DNA from: Eledone cirrhosa
Lineage: Eukaryota
Assembly (NCBI GenBank): GCA_964016885.1
Contig: OZ024745.1
Coordinates: 17,670,001 to 17,734,000 of the forward strand
DNA length: 64,000 bases
Direction: 5' to 3'
How positions within the stretch are numbered: the first letter of the stretch is position 1; each line of letters opens with the position of its first letter. This document shows, piece after piece, positions 56,218 to 64,000 of this stretch. A program made the translations under genes and the position numbers. Below the pieces are notes generated by a model, which was not told the origin of the DNA, searched no databases, and saw only the letters and a list, made by a program, of their open reading frames with translations.

Positions 56218-56640
56218 ACACACAAAGACCAGTTTTAACATGATAGAGCATCTAGCCCCCACATTTACGTATAGACATATCTTCTCACACTCACACACAC
56301 GCATATTTACGCCTTCACGTATTCTCCCACACACTTAAACATACATGTGCAAAACCCCTTTTAAAGGGAGACTACTATTTATCCACCTAACCTTCACTCG
56401 TTGACATCAGAGATAGGATGGAATCTCTATAACATTTCCTATCAGCAGGACTTGGCAAGCTAATTAGAACACTGGATTAACCACTTTACTTCCCTCCGAA
56501 GGAGAGATATTATCTCGAAAATTAAGGATATCTAAATAAATTTAAGGTAAAAGACTAATTATCAACAATATCGTTTGCATTTGCATTTATATTCTATATC
56601 CATAACTGCATTGTCTTGGCCTTACAACTCTAAAAGTTTA
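56218..56640 (+). mobile_element. Second copy of the 37545-37972 repeat
   Basis: Colinear sequence match, ends in (TA)n. Confidence 0.75.
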
Positions 56641-58478
56641 TATATACATATATATATATGTATAAATATGTGTATGTGTGTGTGTGTGTGTGTGTGTACA
56701 TACATGAGCTCATCCATACACTACTATACACAAATGAACATTAAATGATACTTTGTTAGAAAACAGGAGCGTAATGGTGCATGATATTGCACATTATCTT
56801 CCTTCATACTACTAACATTACAATTATACACCCTAAACATCAATTTCGCTTTGTCTCCCATTATTTCCTTGAACAATTGCCTTTTGCACATGCACAACAC
56901 TCCTAATGCTGAAATGATATCACTAAGTTATATTGTATGCATCTATTGTACCTGTGGTCTCCTGCTTATTTTTCCATGGCGATTACATCACTGGCGACAA
57001 TGACAAATCAATGACAATGGAACCAAAGAAATTGGAAATATTCCTCAGTTTCTAGCGTAACTATCAGAATGCATTCAAATGGATGCTATTGTTCAGAGAG
57101 AGAAAAAAGTACGTATTCACATTATTTTTTCTGTTGTTGTAGATCATGTGAAAAATTTCGTTGCATGAGTTGAAACAAAAATTGATGCCAAAGATAATTA
57201 TAGCTATTCAGTATCTACTCACAGAAATAAAATAAGATTTCAATGCTATCATTTCTGCTAAATTTATTCCTCCAGAAAATGCACGGTGTTGTGTTAAATA
57301 AAGGGAAATTGGACATAGGTGGCAACACTGATGCCAGCGTTCTGCACATAATAACTTTTTGAGAATCATTCTATAACTGATTAACGTCAGAGAAAGATAA
57401 TATACAACTAATCGATGGAATCGGTTCATATAGTAGCGGCATGAATCATCCTAAGCATTACATTGTAAAAGCATTTATCTTATTTTTTTTATTCCATTTG
57501 TTCATCACATAGGTTATTGTATACGAATACAATGGTATTTCACGTAGTTATAGAATATATGATGTTCAATTCATTGGTTGAATAAGATTAAAATTGTACT
57601 GGTATAGGAAAAAAAAATGTTTATATTCCACGCATTGCAAGGTATTTTTGTTGGTTTATTAAAGTTAGTATGATTGTGTATTATTTTAGTAAATCGTTGT
57701 ATTTTTAAAATCACATATTAACAATTTCACTTACTTACATAGGGAATAATATAGATATGCACCTAAATGTCCATACACATTATACACACACAAACACATA
57801 TATATGTATGTGTGTGCCTCTGTTAAGTTTATGTGTGCATGTGTCTGTGCACCTGTGTTTTGGTGTATGTGTGCACGTGTATGTGTTTGGGGGCTTTTAT
57901 GTGTTTTCGATCACCTATCGATTTGAAACAAGCCTGCTCAATACGATGTAACTCGATCCGAATTGATTAGGAAATCGCACGAGATGTACAATATTAACTG
58001 CAACTGCACTAATTGATGATGTATCGGAAACACTTCTTACAGGCCGGCTAAAACTATATTTTCCTAGGGAAAAGTATGGAGCGACAATGGCCAATTTTCC
58101 CGGATACCCAAGAGAAATTAAATAATTAAATATACAAGTTATCAGTTTTAGAGGAAAAGAAAATCTAAAGAAAATTCACTACACTATTATTTTCATTTCA
58201 TATATTCCGTCAAAAAGTCAAATATAAGAATGTACATAAGATTAATGGGACGAGAGTTTCCTATGGAGGAAATGTACGAATATCACAATATGATACTGAT
58301 AACTACAGATAATGCCAGCGTTAAATGAACGAGTAGAATTCGTTTAAACATTAGTGTTTATTTCATTTATAGAAACTCGCTTAAGACAAATACTATGTTG
58401 TAAATTCCGTCTGACCAATTGGTTTATTATTTCTCCCTCTGTCCATCCTCCTCCCTCTCGCTCTCTCTCTCTCCTCCA

Positions 58479-58561
<83 letters not shown>

Positions 58562-58697
58562 GGATACTACTTATAGTTATGTATATATTATACTATATAC
58601 AACTATAAACAGGTAAGGTCAGTAATGTATTACTACCTTATTACCAGTAAGCTAAATAGCTCAATGTAAGAACAACATTTGTTATACAGAGCAGTAA

Positions 58698-59456
58698 TAT
58701 AGAATACACAAGAATCAAAGCTATGCTAGAACATTTAATTGCTGACAATTGTTTCTTCCAAGCCGAGGCTTGGCGTCTTTGGAGCATTATTAGCAATGTT
58801 TATACATATAACCAGCCTCCTATTCCACTGAAGAATCATACACATACATATTGTGGACAACAGTGTGGGATGGATGCGACATATATTATGTTAAATTGTA
58901 CAATAAGATTCAAAATTAAAATTAAAAGCTTTTGGTGGGGCACGTGTGACAGATAATACAAGAGCGTCTAGTAAATAAATAAAATTAAAGAGACAGTACG
59001 TGCGTTAGTCATATAAAGCAATTGAACAAGAAAAAGTATCAAGCATATATGAGTGCTGGGTGTTGCATATAAAATACAAGCACTTATAGCATGCGTGTTA
59101 TTATATTATGGTGGTTTCAATGCGGAGATATCTTCTGTGCAGATCAAATATGCGTGTGTGCAGAATAAGAAAGTTCCAGGTTTCACATCCATTACATTTG
59201 TCACGATATATTTGTATTGAGTATTTGTTATAGTAATGGCTTGTAATGTAAAGTAACTTAGTGTTATTTAGTCCGTGTCGTATATTATATTTATAGAGCT
59301 GGTAGAATCTTCTACTGTTTATTTCTTCAGCGGTATAGGAGGCTGATTATATGTATAAACATTGGTAATAATGCTCCGAAGACCTCAAGCCTAGGCTTGG
59401 AGGAAACAATTGTCAGCAATTAAATGTTCTAATATACCTTTGATTCTTGTGTATTG

Positions 59457-59460
<4 letters not shown>
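58698..59460 (+). mobile_element. Non-coding PLE-like remnant bounded by inverted pLTR arms
   Basis: 58698-58835 is the reverse complement of 59323-59460. Both arms carry a hammerhead motif. Ends in (TA)n. Confidence 0.78.
59372..59418 (+). ncRNA. Minimal type I hammerhead motif, C4 variant core
   Basis: TGCT-CCGAAGA-CCTCAAGC-CTAG-GCTTGGAG-GAAA-C-AATT-GTC-AGCA. Confidence 0.68.
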
Positions 59461-59487
<27 letters not shown>

Positions 59488-59498
59488 ATATATATATA

Positions 59499-59924
59499 GA
59501 GGAAAAAGTATGACCGCGACGGCAGAGCTCAAGCCGTTTCGACGGCTATTTCTGGACTAAATTAGAATTTTTAGCCTGGTAAATAAATAGCCGAACTTGT
59601 CATATGGGAAGATTGTAGTTGTCGAGAGGATTGGTCAAAATGTGTTGTAAACACAATTAAGTCTATCATGGGATTTGGTGGGAGGTAAGGGGGCCTGAAC
59701 TTGCCTGTAAAACAATGAGGGAGTGAGTGGAGCCGGTCAAGCGATGAAAGTGAAATCTATACACCAGATTCTAAGGATAGTGTATGAAAAGTCAAAGAAT
59801 TTTTCTGGAGAAAATGGAGGAGGAAGGTTATAGAATAGGTAAGTCAAATGAGAGTAGGAGACAATAAAAAATAATAGAAAGAAATACAAAAAAATATATA
59901 TATAAAATTAGAAATTGTAGAAGT
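59499..59924 (-). mobile_element. pLTR remnant related to the 33.1-kb PLE, with a decayed A8-type hammerhead (59513-59608)
   Basis: GAGCTCAAGCCGTTTCGACGGCTA is shared with 33140-33163. Minus-strand core ATGACAA. Confidence 0.75.
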
Positions 59925-59940
59925 GGGTAGTGAAAAAATA

Positions 59941-60128
59941 TAATTGTTTCTACTTTTGGCACAAGGCCAGCAATTACCCAGTGCATTACTGGTACTTTAT
60001 TTTATCGAACCCGTAAGGATGAAAGGCAAAGTCAACCTAGGCGGGATTTGAACTCAGATCGTAAAGGGACGTAACTATGCTGGAAAGCATGGCGTCCGAC
60101 CCTCTACCGATACTGCCAATCCACCACC
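59941..60128 (-). mobile_element. SINE family A, full-length, inserted at the tail of another copy
   Basis: 16-bp TSD GGGTAGTGAAAAAATA at 59925-59940 and 60129-60144. A and B boxes present. Confidence 0.92.
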
Positions 60129-60144
60129 GGGTAGTGAAAAAATA

Positions 60145-60332
60145 TAATTGTTTCTACTTTTAGCACAAGACCAGCAATTACCCAGTACATTACTGGTACT
60201 TTATTTTATCGACCCCGTAAGGATGAAAGGCAAAGTTAACCTCGGCGGGATTTGAACTCAGAATGGCAAGGGCAGTAACTCTATGCGTCAAAGCATGGCG
60301 TCCAACTCGCTACCGATACTGCCAATTCACCA
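60145..60332 (-). mobile_element. SINE family A, full-length
   Basis: A box TGGCAGTATCGG, B box GAGTTCAAATCC, same 3' end as the other copies. Confidence 0.9.
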
Positions 60333-60432
60333 ATGCAAACTTTTCAGGGGTCTAACACAGCTGCTATAAATAGTTAGTAAAGCGTATTCCGCCAATGCTA
60401 TCTTACAATTACAGGTTAATAAGTTGAGAATA

Positions 60433-60473
<41 letters not shown>

Positions 60474-60474
60474 T

Positions 60475-61129
60475 ATGTATACAGACGTACAGTAGTATGT
60501 ATATATATATATACATACATGCACACATATATAAATATGTACGTATGGATTCACCGAAAATTTATTATAATGCTCGGTGTGCTTGTAAACAAACATCCCG
60601 TATTAAGCCGTAGTGTCCAGCAACCATCGTTGTATGTACGTGTACATACTTATATTTAAGTAGCAGTCGTACTAAGAGTAGGAAATGAAATTTCGTTTCA
60701 TTTTTTCCGTTTATCGTTTTCGGTGCACCCGACCGATTAGCCCACTCGATATGCAAATTGGGCTACTCAGCCGTTAATATGCATAAGGTAAGTATATACG
60801 TTCAACAATCTGGCAGGAAGGTATACGTTGCTGACGATAGCTAATAAGATTGAAACTAGTACAGCGTTCCTTTGTCAGTGTTGAACAAACGAGCAACGAT
60901 GGTTGCTGGACACTACGGCTTAATACGGGATGTTTGTTTACAAGCACACCGAAAATTATGATAAATGTTCGGTGAATCCATACGTACATATATATCTGTG
61001 TGCATGTATGTATATATATATACATACTACTGTACGTCTGTATACATATATGTATGTGCGTGTACATACTTATATTTAAGTAACAGCCGTACGAAGAGTG
61101 GGAAATGAAATTCTGTTTCATTTTTTCCG

Positions 61130-61130
<1 letters not shown>
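60475..61130. repeat. Complex inverted plus direct repeat between (TA)n tracts
   Basis: 60475-60632 is the reverse complement of 60894-61048. 60633-60710 is directly repeated at 61053-61130. Confidence 0.85.
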
Positions 61131-61172
<42 letters not shown>

Positions 61173-61174
61173 TG

Positions 61175-61456
<282 letters not shown>

Positions 61457-61519
61457 TTGAAACCCACTCGCTGTTTCGAAAATATTCTTACTTGATATAT
61501 ATATATGTATATATATATA

Positions 61520-61722
61520 ATCGCTGGTGACAGAGACAACAACACCTGTGTCATAGATTTACGTCCCTTTCTGTTTTGAGTTCAAATCCCACCGAGGTTA
61601 GCTTTGCCTTACATTTTTATGTGGGCGATATATAAACTACCAGTGATGCACTGAGGTCGATTTAATCGACTTTCCCCTCCCCTTACAATTGCTGGCCTTG
61701 TGTTTAATTCAGAAACAATTAT
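61520..61722 (+). mobile_element. SINE A-related copy (longer subfamily)
   Basis: GAGTTCAAATCC B box, 3' TTGCTGGCCTTGTG..AGAAACAATTATT. Confidence 0.78.
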
Positions 61723-63188
61723 TAGTAGTAGTTTTATTATGATAATAATTATTATAATTGCTTTATGTTTAGATACAGTGGTTCTGTAAATGTTTTATTT
61801 GTATTGTACAGCAATAGAAACAACTTCATGTTGAAATATTTTACATAAAAGACTTGCTTAGGGAATGAATGAGGTGAGAAACCGTAATGTTGCAGTAAAT
61901 AATTAAATATTTGACGATGGATTGCGGCAAAATTTCATTGCACATTAACTGATGTGGTAGCTTAATTTTCCTAATATAACGCAGAATACGAAGTGCTGAT
62001 AAACAGCAATCACACATACATATATATAGATTGATAGATAGAGAAAGAGAAAGAAAGAGAGGGAATATTGTGTGTGGGTGTTTACTTTTTTGCAGTGTTA
62101 CTTGGTATGTTGTATAATCATGCTATATTCCAAATGTTAATTTAAAATTCTATTTTATTTTAATCATTTTTCATAATACCCAGGGAATTTAAGCTAACGT
62201 TCATATAATAATTTTATATAAATAAGCGTTAATCGAAATCTATTTTCAGATACTGAGCTGTTCGTGTAGCTATAAATTTGTGATGTCGAGTATGTGATCT
62301 AGGTTACAACTCATGAATAATATTGATAATATTATAAGAAAATAAAGCTACTAATATTATATGACGGGGTATTCATTTCCGATGAGACAGAGATTGTATA
62401 GTGTTTTTTTTTTTCTTTTTTTAGTAATGTACTAATATTTAGAGAACATTTTTTTCAAAATTTTACCAGAGCAATCGGGAATCTTCGGCCTATAATAGTT
62501 ATTATCTATTTTTGAATTATGTTTTGTACAACTGTATACATTTTTTACAGAAGAATGATATGTGAATAGTGAATGTGTTAGAGCTGAATGTGCTTAGGTT
62601 GTCTTATACTGATGAGAGGATACGCTGGAGCGATCCACTTTATAAAAGCATTGTACATACTCCGTGTGTATGTCTGTTATGGCATTTAAATCCTACAGGT
62701 GTTTCGTTGGCTTCGCTTGAGGTTGTATCTCATGAGTTGCTGCTTGTTTCTTTAAAGATAGGTTTCCCCGTCATATCTTACTATGTGGGTCGTCATTATG
62801 GTGAATGAAAGCGACATCGGTAAATATAAGAAAAGTATCATTTATTCAAAGGCATATACTTTTAGTTGTAACAATAAGCATGCCATAAGCTAGTATGAGA
62901 AAATGAAACTTGTTTGTATTACTTTTAATTACATATGTGTCTGATGCAGCCGTATCATTGTACACGACACCAGAGGGGAATTATGAGAATCAAAATATCT
63001 GAGAGAATGTATTGATACATTCAAACATTTTGAATGCTTTTAACGCAATAAATGGATAGGTTATTCTATTTGTTTATTGTTCCATCCAGATGAAATGCTA
63101 ATACATTAATATCATATTCAATATACGTATCAAAGTTATATCACTGACAAAATATTTTTAAAATTATAAACAACTTACATTACCTAGT

Positions 63189-63395
63189 GAAAACGCGTGG
63201 CTTATTAGTTAGAGAATTGTATTCGCAATCGTGTGGTTGTGAGTTCGATTCCGGGACCGAGAAGCGCGTTATGTCCTTGAGGAAGACATATTATTTCACG
63301 TTACACTTTCTGCCAGGATTTGCGACCAGTAGATAGTATCGGCTGTGGAAAGACCAATGGAAACATTGTTTTCTTTGCTCCGATTTGACGAATTC
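63189..63395 (+). mobile_element. SINE family B copy
   Basis: GAGTTCGATTCC B box, GTCCTTGAGGAAGACA, GGAAAGACCAA. Matches 41552-41750. Confidence 0.8.
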
Positions 63396-63821
63396 CACCC
63401 CACTTGGTAGCTCATGAGGTCTGGAATCTTGCCAGTCGATTCAATAAGCATCGTACATTACCTATATGAATAGAATATTTTTTGATTAGGCCATTACCAT
63501 AGCAATATCTGATCCTGAAGCAGATTCCCCTGGAATGATACAAATTATAATATAACTGCACCTGCATAATACGGAGATATGATGAGATGATTTTATGAGA
63601 AACAATATATTCTTTTATCATACAACGTTTTATTTGTTGCTTATTGGGGAGTTCATTATCTCATCAAGCCTGTATTGTTCGAGCCACAGGATCATGCCGA
63701 ATCTGTTCAGTATGCATTCAATATCACTTGCGTGTTAAATAAACCTGGTATAACATATATCTTTGTAATTAAACATGCCAAAATACTTCTCTGTAATGTA
63801 AGTACACATACACAGAGGCAC

Positions 63822-63873
<52 letters not shown>

Positions 63874-63877
63874 GTTT

Positions 63878-63927
<50 letters not shown>

Positions 63928-63929
63928 GT

Positions 63930-64000
<71 letters not shown>

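Noticed and set aside
63412-63621. Possible host exon on the minus strand
   Set aside because: No recognisable protein motif or convincing splice-site pair.

Overview
Repeat-rich, AT-rich animal DNA with no host gene that I can support. The SINE families and (TA)n/(CA)n load suggest an octopod cephalopod (inference). Contents from left to right: (1) 1.1-10.7 kb, non-LTR retrotransposons nested in (AAT)n tracts: an RTE 3' stub, a near full-length decayed Tx1-type LINE and three R4/Dong-type RLE LINE fragments. (2) 33.1-36.9 kb, an apparently intact 729-codon Penelope-like element (RT plus C-terminal GIY-YIG, Hydra-clade-like) with an inverted pseudo-LTR. (3) Two decayed relatives of it at 47.5-53.7 kb and several solo pLTR remnants. 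(4) A decayed CR1-type LINE at 42.4-46.6 kb. (5) RTE fragments, many tRNA-derived SINEs, MITEs and long fold-back palindromes next to microsatellites, and one 200-N gap. Most notable: about ten type-I hammerhead ribozyme motifs with canonical, U3-A8 and C4 cores; a 31-bp copy of nearby genomic DNA at the PLE inversion junction that supplies an in-frame ATG; and a SINE whose 3' end and target sites resemble those of the (ATT)n-tailed Tx1 element. Most short ORFs in the track are microsatellite or antisense artefacts. All alignments and folds were done by eye.
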